Shown here: in pieces, positions 13,849 to 31,088 of the stretch
Numbering within the stretch: position 1 is the first letter of the stretch
How the letters are laid out: every line of letters begins with the position of its first letter
Assembly (NCBI RefSeq): GCF_009914755.1
Contig: NC_060929.1
Strand: one strand, 5' to 3'
Source of the DNA: the human T2T-CHM13v2.0 reference genome, Homo sapiens
Length of the DNA: 64,000 nucleotides
The notes under the pieces: generated by a model
What the model saw: only the letters and a program-made list of their open reading frames with translations
The model's database searches: none
Told to the model about the DNA's origin: nothing
Position numbers and translations under genes: made by a program

Positions 13849-13948
13849 CAGAGCTGAGACTAAGGTGAGGCAAGCCAAAATCCTAAGATGCAAAATTTAA
13901 GCAGGCACTCACTTTCATGTAGTGACCCAGCACTTGCACAATCCTAGG
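13849..13948 (+). mobile_element. MER91-like hAT-Tip100 fragment
   Basis: gactaaggtgaggcaagc...gcaaaatttaagcaggcactcact...gcacttgcac. Confidence 0.55.
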
Positions 13949-14139
13949 ATTTGAATCCTGTTTCTGGCACTCATTACACACATGAACTTGCAAAGTAACT
14001 TAAACTTTTAGTTTTTTCTTTTATAAATTATGCATAATACTTGCTGTAGATACCATTTGGAGTATTTTTTCAACTCACAATAACTCTATGATAACTGACT
14101 GCCTGTTAAGACAAGGATGGATGCTCGATCCCTTTCCTA

Positions 14140-14261
14140 AGACTTTGAAGTTAAAATAAAAGATCAAAGGGAGACAAACAGCAGCAGTTGGTCTCTCAGT
14201 GTGGCTCTAACAGTAACATATGAACTTAGTAGCTTGTAAGTGGTCACCTTCAGTCTACCAT
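14140..14261 (+). repeat. Local direct repeat, copy 2 (122 bp)
   Basis: Aligns to 12532-12654, offset 1608 bp. Confidence 0.95.
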
Positions 14262-14558
14262 CAAAGTTTTATTGCATAAAAAGCTAATTGATTTTAGAAA
14301 AGCTAATATTGCAGAAAAAGCTGATTTACTGAGAAGAAAACGGAAACTAGTTCACAATGAGAAGTACATAGAGAGAATATTTCCTAGTTTTCCAACAGCT
14401 TTCTGGTTCCCAGTTCAGTTTCTCTCTGAATGAAGTTCATCTGCAAGACTGAGTTCAAAATGGCACCTCATAACCATGTTATGTATTTCTGTTTTTTGCT
14501 TACCAGTTCCTAGCATAGTGCCTGGCACATTGTAAGGCACCTAGTAGGTAGTTAATCA

Positions 14559-15516
<958 letters not shown>

Positions 15517-16309
15517 CCCATTTAATAGATGGAGCACCTAAGGCCTAAAAAGGTTAGTTAATTTACCTGGGTTATATAGCTTCATACGTGGGTAAACAGT
15601 AGACTCATTGCTTCTTGGTTGGCATAGCATGATACCTTACATGTGGTAGCTATAGGCATTATGTTACTTTTATGCCAGCATGTGAATGTAAACATCATTT
15701 CAGTAAAAATATTTTTCCATTTCTGCTTACTACTAGAACTATGAGGAAAAAAAAAACCATAAAAATAAGTAGATACCAAAGGTTTTTTGAAGAAATACAG
15801 AATATAAATTGGCAACTTCTAGGAGGGGTAATTGAGCTTTCTTATTTTAGCAGACTCTCCAGTGTTATAAACTACATTTACAATTCTTGGATAATGCGTG
15901 CACCTTCTTAGAATGAGTTTGTTTTTATCATTTTTTCCAATAATAGTATAGAATTAAGATGTTTATAGAAATGTTATAAATAAATGAGTACGTAATGACT
16001 CATTTTTCAGCCTTTGAGACTTTCAGAGAGTTTGAATGAAGTTCTAATCTTTTTATGGCTGTCCTGATCTAGTAATTTGGCATAACTCTCCCATGGGACA
16101 TATGTTTAAAACAAATGTATCAATCAAACACTAAACAAAAATTATTTTTATGGTGGTACACATCAATTAAATGTGAAAAATAACTCAGCACCATGAAAAA
16201 GTAAATTAAGTATTTTCAGGTTCAGATGAATATTGTATTTGTCAATTTTACTGGGACCTGCAAGTTGCATATTCTCCCACAATGTAGATTAAACAATGTG
16301 CCCTTTTTC

Positions 16310-18275
<1,966 letters not shown>

Positions 18276-18866
18276 ATTCTTACTAATGAAGAAGAGTGAT
18301 TTAAGTAAGTTCCTAAGTATCAATAGCAACTAGAACCCAGATTTGAACCCAAATTATCTGCTTCCAATTTTTTACTCAATATTATACTGCCTACATCATT
18401 TATAACTTGGCTAACTCCTATTTATTACTCAAGTTTTGGAGTAGACATTACTTCCCTTTGTAAGCTTTTTCTGACCTGGCCCGTCACCCCCAGTGATAGG
18501 TGAGATGTTCCTTTTTTTTGTTTTTATCTCACTTTGGACCTCCTCCAATCATGACATTTAACACACTATAGGGGGTTCCTTGTTTACTTATCTGCATCCT
18601 CCGCCCTAAACTGGAAGATTTTTTAGAATAGGATCCTTACCTTATTCATTTTTGTATTCTCAGGGCCTAGCTCAATAGTTAAGTAAATATAAGCTCAGTC
18701 AACATTTGTTGAATGAATGCATTTCAAACTGAAAGTATGTTATGTAAGTATGTTTAAGGAAAAGGCATTTTGGGGAGTCTGCTGGCTTGCTGAAAATAGT
18801 CTGTTTTAAGAAGAAAGACATGGAACAGTAGACCAGACCAATTTTTTTCAAACATATAGAAGATTT

Positions 18867-19226
<360 letters not shown>

Positions 19227-20019
19227 TTATAAAGTTTCAGTGAACCTTGTAAGTTTAATTCATGGCATTATTTGTAGTTCTTATGTAGAGGCTCTCATAT
19301 TTGTCTCTCTATAATTCAGATTGTTGTATTTATCTTTCATTTTTGTTATTTTTCTTGTTTTTGGTAAGTTTAAGCTTGTTTCGTGTTAACAGTAATAAAC
19401 ATTTTTTATGAGAACCCTAAAATACATACAAAGCAGAATATAGTTGGAGGAGGCAGAAAGGCCCTGATCCAGTTAAGCTTTACTTATCACATGTACTCAT
19501 TAAAATAGAAGATTAATGCCTCAGAAGAGAAATAAAAATTACTTTTTAGGTATATTAGACCATACCTGTCTATCATTAACACTGTTAATAATTAATATCT
19601 CAGTATAAAATGTCATACCCACTTTTATTGCTTTTAAGTTAATAATTGTTCATAATTATTCAACATGTCTTTCTCAGGCCACAGGAACTCCTTATAAAGA
19701 ATTTTCAAAGTAAGCTTCATAAAATAATAGACCAGGATGTTGCTATCCCTGTTCTAGAATCAAGACTTATGTTATATCCATGTTCTGCAATGGTCATTTA
19801 CTACCTTGGTCATTTTGGCAAAGGGATTTACCTCCTATTTTTCATCTATAAAATTAAAACGCTGAGTTCATAACCCTTTAAGCCTCCTATCTATCTCTAA
19901 TGCTCTATGATTCATGACCCAAGAAGTATCTCGAATAAACTCACATTGCGACGCAGAATCTCTGGACTTCCAGAACAATTTGGTTGAACCTCCAGTACAC
20001 TTGAATAGAAAAGATTAGA

Positions 20020-21690
20020 GAGAATATTCTTGCATTGTTTCTGACCTTAGCATTCAATCTTTCACCATTAAATATGTTGTTTGTAGGTTTTTCTCATAGA
20101 TGCCTTTATCAAGTTGCAGAACTTCTTTCCTTGATGGGGCCCTCTGCCAATCCTCTAGGGTTTGTTCTCTATGTAGCTGTCACCCAACTGGTACTCTGAA
20201 CTGTGAACTTGCGTGACCTTGGTCTCCCTAGACTCCCAGCTCCATCTTCTTAACTTATATAGTCTGCTGGATTTTGACAGGATTCCCTCCCTGGGGCACA
20301 ACCGAAACTCAAAGTAGTAAACTGGGGCGATCGTGAGGTCAGCCTTCGTTTATTTAACGTTCTCTGAGACCACTGTGTTTCATTATTCAATGTCCATTGT
20401 TTTGAAGATTGTTGTTTTATGTAATTTGTCCTTGTTGCTCCATCTTGACTAGAAGCAAAAGGCAGCTTTTTTTTTTAACATACCTTAATACATTTGAGAT
20501 TTGTTTGTGTACTTGCATGAATCAGTAAGTTTATTCCTTTTTATTGCTGACTAGAATTCTGTCATATTGATATATCTTTTTGCATTAACTAGTTGAAAGA
20601 CATTTGAGTCCTTTCTACTTTATAGCAATTATGAGTAAAGTTGCTATATTAATTCATATACACATTCACGTACAAATCTGTGAACAGAAATTTTCTTTCA
20701 AATAAGTCCTTGGGCAGGATTGGTAGGTTTTATTTTAAGTATAGATTTGATTTTATAAAAAACTGCCAAGATATTTTTCAATGTGGCTGTACCATTTTGT
20801 ATTTAAGTGTAAGTTTGATTTTATAAAAAACTGCCAAGATATTTTGCAATGTGGCTTTACCATTTTGTATTCCCATTAGTAGTGTATGAGAGTTCAAGTT
20901 GTTCATCATCTTCTCCAGCCATTGCTGTTGTCAGTTTCATTACATTTGAGCCATTCTAATTGGTGTGTTTTGATATCTCATTGTGGTTTTAATTTTTATG
21001 TCTCTAATGACTAATGACCTAGATCATCTTTTCATGAACTTATTTGCCATCTGTATATCTTCTTTGGTGTACTTTTATATCTTTTTGCCCAGAATTTTTT
21101 TAATTAAAAAAATTAGTTTTGAGAATTTCCTATGTATCATAGATATAAGTCCTTTATCAGATATGTGATTAGCAAATATTTTTCACAGTCTATGGCTTGT
21201 CTTTTCATTGGCTTGTCTTTTCATTCTCTTGACAGTGCCTTTCAAAGAGCATACATTCTTAATTATAATGAATTCCAGTTTATCATTTTTTTCTTTTATA
21301 TATCATGGTTTCAATGTTGTATGAAAGAAATCTTTGCCTAACCTGAGGTCAAGAATATTTTGTCCTGTGATTTCTTCTAGAAGTTTGGGGTTCTACAGTT
21401 TTGGGTTTTACATTAAAGTCTATGATACATTTTTATCTGTTTCATGTTTTTTATGGCAATCTAATTTTCCAGCACCGTTTTTTTAAATGACCACTATTTT
21501 TTCCATTGAATTGCCTTAGCACCTTTGTCAGACATCAATTGACTATGGATGTGTCTATTTCTGCATTTTCTATTCCATCCATGGAGTTATTTATCTTTTT
21601 GCTAGTGCTGATTGTCTTGATTACTGAGGCTTTGTAACAAGTCTTGAAATAAATCATTTTGAGTCTGCCAACTTCTTTCCCAAAATTTTT
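20020..21690 (-). mobile_element. Old L1M fragments
   Basis: Antisense L1 ORF2 C-terminal and 3' UTR motifs (gccattctaattggtgtg...tatctcattgtggttttaattt). Confidence 0.8.
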
Positions 21691-22677
21691 GTCTTGGTTA
21701 GTCAGGGCCCATATAATGTTTTTACACTTTAAATATGTGCAGTTTATTGTACATCAGTTATACCTCAATAAAGCTGTAAAAGAATAACATAGTCATCTTG
21801 GAAAAATAAGTTACTGAATGAGGATAGTAATAATGATACAAGCAAGGGATACAACAAAAAAGTGTCAGAACTGACTCTTTTCCCAGTCTCAGGATTTGAC
21901 TTAATCTAGAAGACTATTTGAAATGTGGATTTGCCCCAATCTCTTTAACTGAAGAACGTCACCTTGGGCATAGATTAGTCTTGAGATACTAAGTTATATA
22001 ATATGAAGTTATCCCAAGTAACAGAGCATGTAAAGATCAAATGCCCAGACAAACCTCTATAGTTTTTCCAGAGATATTTAAAGTTGGTGTCATATTCAAT
22101 CCAGGACTTTCCAAAGTTTCTTTAAATTTAATGATAAATGTTTTGAAATCTTTTTTGAGGTTTCTTAATAGCGAAAGCAAAAACTTACATACCATTGGGA
22201 ATCATTTATTTGTTCTTCCTGTTGTGATAAAAATGTCTGTAGTAAAAACTTTAACAGAAATAAAAAGCAATCTGGCAAGGAACTAAAATATATTTCTTCA
22301 TCAGCATACATTATTGGAAAGCCAGCAGAAAGCATGGCTGAAGGAACATGTATTTGGACAAAGTATGCAGGGCACTGCACTGCCAAATGGATGTTACAAA
22401 TGTTTTTAGCATGTCTTCTCTTATAACAGAAAGACCATACTTCTTAATTTTTGTTAGTCCCCAAAGCAAAGATAAACTAGAGAAGATATAGCCTCAGCAG
22501 TAAATGACCCACTTAATAAAAACAACGATTCACAGGAGAAAAAAAATGTGCATGAGTGTAAGATTGATGGAGCTGCTGCTTTAGGCTACAAGGACCTGTA
22601 ATGAAGTTCCTGAGATTGTGCAAATAAAATTCATCATTCTTGGGGATGAAATAGAAGCCAAGAGTGTACATATATAC

Positions 22678-22802
22678 TTTATTTTTTAGAGATGGGGATC
22701 TTGCTCTGTGGCTCAGGCTGGTCTCAAACTCCTGGCCTCAAGCAATCCTCCTGCCTCAGCCTCTTAAGAAGTTGGGACTACAGATACACATCACCATGCC
22801 TA
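22678..22802 (-). mobile_element. FLAM (free left Alu monomer)
   Basis: Single monomer gagatgggg...caggctggtctcaaactcctggcctcaagcaatcctcctgcctcagcc. Confidence 0.8.
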
Positions 22803-22819
22803 TAAGTACACTTTACTTT

Positions 22820-23834
22820 TTTCTTTCTTTCTTTTTTAAATTTTAGATTCAGGGGTTCCATGTGCATGTTTCTTACATGGATATATTGCATGATTCTGAG
22901 GTTTGGACTTCAACTGAACCTGTCACCCAAATAGTGAACATGGTACCCTCCCTAGTTTCTGTTGTTCCCATTTTTATGTTGATGTATACTCAGTATTTAG
23001 CTCCCACTTATTAGGGAGAACATGCAGTATTTGGTTTTCTGTTTCTGCATTAATTCACTTCAGATTATGGCCTCCTGATGCATCCATGTTGCTGCAAAGG
23101 ACATAACTTCATCCTTTCTTATGGCTGCATACTATTCCATGGTGTATATGTACCACATTTTCTTTATCCAGTCTACAATTGATGGGTATCTAAGTTGATT
23201 CCACTTTTTTGCTATTGTGAATAGTGCTGCAATAACCGTGCGAATGCATGTGTCTTTATGGTAGAATGATTTATTTTTCTTTGGATATATACTCAGTAAT
23301 GGGATTGCTGGGTCAAGTGATAGTTCTATTTTTATTAGTAGTTCTTTGAGAATCGCCAAACTGCTTTCCACTTAGGCTGAACTAATTTATAGTCCCACCA
23401 ACAGTGTATAAGTGTTCCCATTTCTTTGCAACTTCACCAACATCTCTTATTTTTTGACTTTTAATAATAGCCATTCTGACTGGTGTAAGATGGTATCTCA
23501 TTGTGGTTTTGATTTGCATTTCTCAGATGATTAGTCATATTGAGTATTTTTTCATGTTTGTTGGCCATGTGTATATCTTTTGAGAAGTGTTTGTTCATGC
23601 CCTTTCCCCACTTTTAATGTTGTTTTTTTTTTCTTTTTGATTTATTAAAGTTTCTTACAGATTCTGGATATTATACTTTGATGTCTTACATTTAAGTCTT
23701 TAAACCATCTTGAGTTCATTTTTGTATACGGCGAAAGGTAGGGGTCAACTTGCATTTGTCTATATATGGCTAGCCAGTTATCCCAGCACCATTTATTGAA
23801 TAGAGTTTTCATTCCCCATTGTTTATTTTTGTTG
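22820..23834 (-). mobile_element. L1PA15/16 or L1PB-like 3' fragment
   Basis: ttttagattcagggg...3' UTR; ORF 23132-23371 is the ORF2 C-terminus (DPAIPLLSIYPK...). Confidence 0.85.
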
Positions 23835-24084
23835 CTTACTGCAAACTCTGCCTCCTGGGTTCAAGCAATTCTCCTGCCTCAGCCTCATGAGTAGCTGGAT
23901 TACAAGCACACACCATCATGTCTGGCTAATTTTCTATTTTTAGTGGAGATGGGATTTCACCATGTTGGCCATCCTGACCATGCTGGCCATCCTTTCACCA
24001 TGTTGAGATCCTGACCTCAAGTGATCTGCCCACCTCGGCCTCCCAAAAGTGCTGGGATTACAGGTGTGAGCCACCCCTCCGGCC
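23835..24084 (-). mobile_element. AluS, tail end missing, internally rearranged
   Basis: Antisense Alu body without poly-T; see finding at 23955. Confidence 0.88.
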
Positions 24085-25212
24085 TGTAGTTTTCAACTAT
24101 AGATCTTGCACATGTTTTATTAAACTAATACCTAAGTGTTTCTTGATTTTTTTGGTGCTATTGCTAGTTGTTTTCTATTTTAATTTCAAATTATTCATTG
24201 GTAATACATAGAAATACAATTGATTTTGTATATCAACTGTGTACTTTTAAGTGATATTGTTAAACTCACTTATCAATTGTATCATCTTTACTGTAAACTT
24301 CTTGTGGTTGTCTGCATAAACAATCTTTTCCTTCTGTTTCTTCTATTCTCATGCGTAAGCCTTTGTTTTTTCTTGCCTTACTGCACTGGCAAGGAACCTC
24401 CACAATAATGATGAGTAGAACTGGTAAAAGTGAACAACTTTGCCTTGTTCTTGATCTTAGCAGGAAAGCATTCAGTTTTTCACTGTTAGGTATGATATTA
24501 GCTGTAAGGTTTTTTAGATGCCTGCTGTCAGATTAAAAAGCTGTCTTCTATTCCTCGGTTGCTGGGCATTTTTATCATGAATGCTGTTGGATTTTGTCAA
24601 ATGTATTTTCTTCATTTATTGAGATTATTTTTATGATTATTTTTTTTCATTCTGTTAATATGATTTATTACATTGATTGATTTTATTTTTAAATTATCCT
24701 CCCTTTTCATTGTGGTAAAGTATACATAACATAAAAATTTCCATTTTAGCCATTTTTAAGTATACAGTTCAGTGGCTGTAGGTACATTCACTGTTTGCAA
24801 CTATCAGCAGCATTCATCGCCAGAACTTTTTTCATCTTCCCAAACTGAAACTTCATGCCCATTGAAAAACAACTCTCCATTTCCTCCTTTCTCCCAGTCT
24901 TTGGCAACCACCATTCTACTTTTTGTCCCTATGAATCTGACTACTCTAAGTACGTCATAGAAATTGAATCATACAGTATTTGACCTTTTTATGTCTGGCT
25001 GATTTATTTCCCTCAGCATAATGTCTTCATGGTTCATCCATGTTACAGGATATATCAGAATTTCATTCCTTTTTTGGGCTGAATAATATTCCATTGTATA
25101 TAGATACCACATGTTGTTTATCCATTCATCGAATGATGGACACTGGAGTTGCTTCCCCCTTTTGATTATTGTGAATAGTGCTGCTATGAATATAGGTATA
25201 CAAATATCTGTA
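24085..25212 (-). mobile_element. L1M ORF2 fragment plus L1MB-type 3' end (from ~24705)
   Basis: attgtggtaaagtatacataacataaaa...accaccattctactttttgtc 3' UTR signature. Confidence 0.8.
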
Positions 25213-26158
25213 GATTTAAACCTATGTAAATAGGTACAGTAAATTTAAGTGGTCTAGAAATGCCACACAAAAAGCAGAAGTTGTCAGAATGATATATATA
25301 GAAGATAGCTACATCAGACAACATGACCCAATTGACATAGGACACTCCACTGAGCAATTGTAAAATGCACATTTTTTTCCATATGCTCATGGAACATTCA
25401 CCAGGATGGGCCACATATTCTTTCCAGAAATGTGGGAGATAGGAATACTTCTCTACTCATTTTATTAGGCCCTGTTTAACCTGATATCAACCTGACAGAA
25501 ACAATAAAGAGATACTACAAACCAGTATCCTACATAAACATAGATGTAGAAATCACTAACAAAATATTAGCAACCTGAATCCAGCAATATATAAAAAGGG
25601 CAGTATACCATGACCATGTGGAGTTTATCCCAGTAATACAGATTGGTTTAACATTTGAAAATCCATTTATATTCAGCATAATAACAAAAAGGAGAAAAAT
25701 CATGAGTTAATTCCAGTTGGTACAGAAAAGAATTGACAAAATTCAATATACATTTATGATTAAAAACTCTCCACAAACTTAAAATAGAAAAGAAGCGCCT
25801 CAACCTGATAAAGGGCATTAAGGGGGGAAAAAAACCTACAGTTAACCTCACATTCAATGGTGAAAGGCAGAACACTTTCCCCCTAAGATTGGGAACAAGA
25901 CAAGGATATCTTCTTTGACTATTTACATTTCACATCATCTTGGAAATTCTTGTCAATGCAATAAAGCAATAAAAATAAATGAAATGAATACAGATAAGAA
26001 ACAGATGACATGATTACATGTAGACAGTCTACAAAAAGTACGTAAAAATTAAGTGAATTTTGTAACTTTTCAAGATACAGGGGAATATAAAATCAATTAT
26101 ATGTCTACATAATAATACCAAACAATTTCTAAGTAAAAATTTAAATTATATTACTTCA

Positions 26159-26555
<397 letters not shown>

Positions 26556-27392
26556 ATATGAAATATTGCTGAGAAAAATTAAAGAAGACTTAAATAGAGA
26601 GATGTACAATTTTCATAGATCAGAAGAGTTAATATTTAAAAGACAGTATTTCCCTTCAAATTGATCTGTAAATTCATTGCCCTCCAATCAAAATACTAAC
26701 AGCCTTTTTGGAATTGATATGCTGATTTTAAATTTTGTATTAAAATACAGAGAACCTAGAATACTCAAAACTTTTTTGGAGAAAGAACAAGATTGGAGAA
26801 TTTAACTTAATATAAATCTACATTTATCAAGGTGGTTTGGTACTGATGTAAGGATAATTATACAATTAATGGAACCAACCTGAATATCCAGGAATTTTCT
26901 CACACTTATATGGTCAATTGATTTTTCAATAGCAAGGAAAATTCTTTTCAATAGCTTGTGTTGAATAACTGAATTTCCATATGGAAAAAATATAAACCTT
27001 GAACATTACCTTATATAATCCTCCAAGAAATTTAACTTGGGATTTATCACAGACCTAAATATAAAGCTAAAACTAATAAACTTTTAGAAGAAAAAGATGA
27101 ACAAAAATCTTTCAATTATGAGTAGTCAAAAACTATTAAATAGGACCCTAAAACACAAACTTAAAAAAAATGATAAATTGGACTTCACCAAAATTTTACA
27201 GATTCTTATTTTTAACAGATTTATTAGAGCAAAGGAAAATACAAGCCATAGACAGGGAGAAAAATTTGCCATACATGTCTAACATCGAACTTATATTCAG
27301 AATATGTAAAGAACTCTCATACCTCAGTGAGAGAAACATTAATTTTAAAATGGACAAAAGGTATAAACAGACACTTTACCAAAGAGGATTTA

Positions 27393-27799
27393 TGGTGTGG
27401 ACTAAATGTGGTTCCCCCACACTCTTCTACCCCATTCATGTGTTGAAGCCCTAACTCTAAATATGGTGGTATTTAGAAATATGGGACCTTTGAGAGGTAA
27501 TTAGAGTTAGATGAGGTCATGAGGGTGAGGCCTTAATGATAATATTAGTGCCCGTAGGAGAAGAGGCACCAGAGAGCTGTACTCTCTCCCTGAGCATGCA
27601 CAAAAAAAGAAGTCATATGGGTACACATTGAGAAGATGGCTGCCTACAAGCCATGAGAAGAAGCCCCAGAAAGAAGCTGATTATACTGGCATCTTGATCT
27701 CAGACTTCCAGCCTCCAGAACTGTGAGAAAATAACTTTCTGTTGTTTAAGCCACTCAGTCTGTGGTGGTTTGTTATGGCAGCCGAAGCAGACTAAGACA
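27393..27799 (+). mobile_element. MLT1A/B-type MaLR solo LTR
   Basis: tcagacttccagcctccagaactgtgagaaaataa...gttatggcagccgaagcagactaagaca. Confidence 0.85.
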
Positions 27800-28262
27800 A
27801 TACATAAAATCAGTAGTCATCAAGGGATACTAATTAAAACAACAGTGAAGTACCACTACATACAACTAGACTGACTAATATTTTAGAAATTGATAATACC
27901 AACAAAACTGACAATACATTCATGAAGATGTAAAGTACCTGAAACTTTCATATATTTCTGACTAGAGTGCAAAATGTTACAACTACTTTGGAAAACAGTT
28001 TATTAGTTCTTTATCAGTTTAAACATACACACTTATCCTACAACCTGGACATTTTATGGCTAAGTATTCACCCAGAGACATAAAGACATAAGTCCAAACA
28101 AATTCTTGTACCGGAATTTTCCCAGCAGCTTTATTCATAATAGCCAAAAACTGAAAACCACTAAAATGTCCAACAAGTGAGAGGATAAACAAATTGTCAT
28201 ACTTCCATGCAAAGGAATACTACACATCAATAAAAAATAATGAACTGCTGATATGCTCATTA

Positions 28263-28830
28263 TGTTTGTTTTTATTGCTGTATGTCAACATTACCACAAT
28301 AATAATAGCTTAAAATAAGACACATTTATTATCTTACAGTTTCTGTGCATCAGGAGCCCAAGCACAGCCTAGCTAGGTTCTTTAGTTAAGGGTTTCACTA
28401 AGCTGTAATCAACCCAAGGCTGGGTTCTCATCTAGAGACTTGATTAGGAAAAGCTCTACCATCCCACTTGTGTGGTTGTTGGCAGCATTCAGTTCATTGC
28501 TGTTGTAAGACTGAGAGCTTCACTTTTTCACTGGTTGTTGGCCAAAGACCACACTGAGTCCTAGAGGTCACTGGCAATTTCTTGCCAATGGTGTTTCCCA
28601 ATATGGCCACATTTTCCTTACAGCCAGCCAGGGGGAAAAATACTCCAGCCAAGATGAGCACCATAATCTTATATAATGTAATCACATGAGCACATATATC
28701 CCATCACCTTTGCCGTGTTCTTATAATTAGAATTCATGGGTCCTACCCTCACTCAAGGAGAAGAGATAATACAAATGTATGAGTACCAGGAGGTGGTGGT
28801 TGTGTAGGCTACCTTAAGAGTATCACTCAT
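28263..28830 (-). mobile_element. MLT1 (E/F/G-like) MaLR LTR
   Basis: ttaccacaa...cacatttattatcttacagtttctgtg..tcaggag motif. Confidence 0.7.
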
Positions 28831-30621
28831 TGCCTGGGGACTATGGGTAGGATAAGGTGGGTGTTTCCATGTAAACAGACTGGGGAACTTTTATAGGTGA
28901 TGGAAATGTTCTGTCTGTTGATTGTGGTGCTAATTACAGGATTGTAAATATTTTTGTTAGAAGTTGTGGAATTGCACACTTGAAATGGCTCACAGTATTT
29001 TGTAAATTATACCTCAATAAAGTTAAGAGAAAAGACAGTAATAGCCATGAGCACCACAAAATTTGTAACTTAAAGATGCCAACTTAATAATATCCCTAAG
29101 ATATCCTTAAAAGTCAATAATTGGAAAATGATTTGTTTCATAATATATCCTTTGAAGGATTTTCACAGTAAAAACTGTGGATCTCTTATTTTTATAGTCC
29201 TTTATGAAGTGTCAGCACTCAGAACTAGCAAAGATCATTTTTTTAAAGATGAGGCTTTATTACAGTCTCTTCTGTAAGTGAAGTAAGCACATATTTCTAA
29301 TGCAATATCTTTTGGATGCAGACTATTGATAACCTTTCCGTAATTTTGGTTCTGAATGGTTACCTACTGGATCTGGTGATAGAGTATTTCATTTACTTTA
29401 GCCTCTATTGACAACGCTTCTAAAGGTGTACTTGCCATTTTTAGCACCTGTGGAGATTTGAAGAGTGTATGCTTCATGAAGTATTTTCTTGCTTGATTCT
29501 TCTAGTCTCTTTAAGTGATTAAAGGGTGCTTTAATTTGCATACTCACCTTTAATCTTATTATAGTGGCTTATATTCTAATAGGAATATTAAAGTTCAGTG
29601 AAAATCTCATACATGCTGATGAGAATGCAAATGAATATTGATGAAAGAATGCTAGGATCATAAGGTGTAAACTGTCCAGTTATCTTGCTAAATTCATTTC
29701 AAACAATGTTTACATTATAATGAGGACTGATACAGATTTCACCACATAAATATCACTAGCAGTGGCAAAATTATATAATTTATAATTGGATAATGGTTCA
29801 GTTTCAGACTGTTTTGAAGTTAACAAAAACAACAAAGTAATGTCTTGATATTAATGCAAACTTCAGCTGGTCATTTGTTGTATGTAGTAGTTGGGAAATT
29901 GGGTATGATTTTACAAATAAGTGGTCACGTTGAGCATTTCCGGCTGTAGCCTTTACAGGATGCATAACAAATAGTAGTGGCATCACTCATCATCCCAACA
30001 GGACATTTCAAGTATCTGGTTATTGTACAATTATAAATATACAAGCTTATTTCAGTAGTTATGTTTATGTATCTGTGTAAAACCAAGATTCATTAAATGG
30101 TCATTGAAAATGAAGCTAAAAGAAGTCCCCTGACAGTAAATAGACTAGGCAATATTTATTATAATACATTCAGTATTTAAGTTCTATTACATTCTTATAT
30201 TAATGGATGAATTTTATAAACTTATGCAAAACCAGTAAGCTTTAGAAAACATATAACAGAGTTTCTCCAACCTCTTTAACTACTTTGGAATTTTTTTAAT
30301 GATTTGTATTCAATTGAAATATTTTTTTTTTCAGCCTTACAAGAGAACTGAAAATGCTGTTTTATAGACTCATCAGTAGGGCAGATTGTTATTTAGAGTT
30401 GTTTTTCTCATGGTGACGATAAGTGTGCATTATGCCATTATACTTTTTCAGCATGGTCTTATGCCCACTGGTGTGTATTCATAGACTCTAGAATACATGG
30501 TAATCATTAGTTAAAAGTATAATAATCAATAATGATTTTTATTTTAAATAATATGAAAGTGTTTTTGCATCAAAATATGTATTTTTCGCTAAAGGGATTA
30601 TACTTAATTGTAGCCCTGGCA

Positions 30622-30926
30622 CAGGAGTTGGCAAACTTTTTCTTTAAAGGTCCGGATGGTAAATATTTTAGGTTTTTTATGGGCCACTTAGTCAGTTACA
30701 ATTACTCAACTCTAATGTTGTAGCACAGAAGCAGCCACAAATAATATGTAAACAAATGTTTGTCTGTGTTCCAATCAACCTTATTTCTAGACACTGAAAT
30801 TTTGAATTCTCTATGATTTTCATGTCATGAAATACTGTTCGTCTTTTGATGTTTTTGCAACCATTAAAAAAATGTAAAAAGTGGTAGGCTAAACTTGGCT
30901 TGCAGGCTATACTTTGCTGACACCTG
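30622..30926 (+). mobile_element. MER58B (hAT-Charlie MITE)
   Basis: Terminal inverted repeats caggagttggcaaac ... tttgctgacacctg. Confidence 0.85.
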
Positions 30927-31088
30927 TCCTAGAAGTTGATTTTTCTAAAGCTAGAATTAACTTCTACTCTACATTAAAACTGAAGATATATTGCTGAAAC
31001 CTTTTATAGATATATAGTTCATGTTGAGTTATTTTAAAAGGAAGCTGTTTTCTAGAAAAAAAATCATAATTATACATAAGTAACTTTA

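Noticed and set aside
29541-29550. Strong minus-strand splice donor AAG|GTGAGT
   Set aside because: No convincing matching acceptor or ORF; isolated 9-mers are expected in 64 kb.
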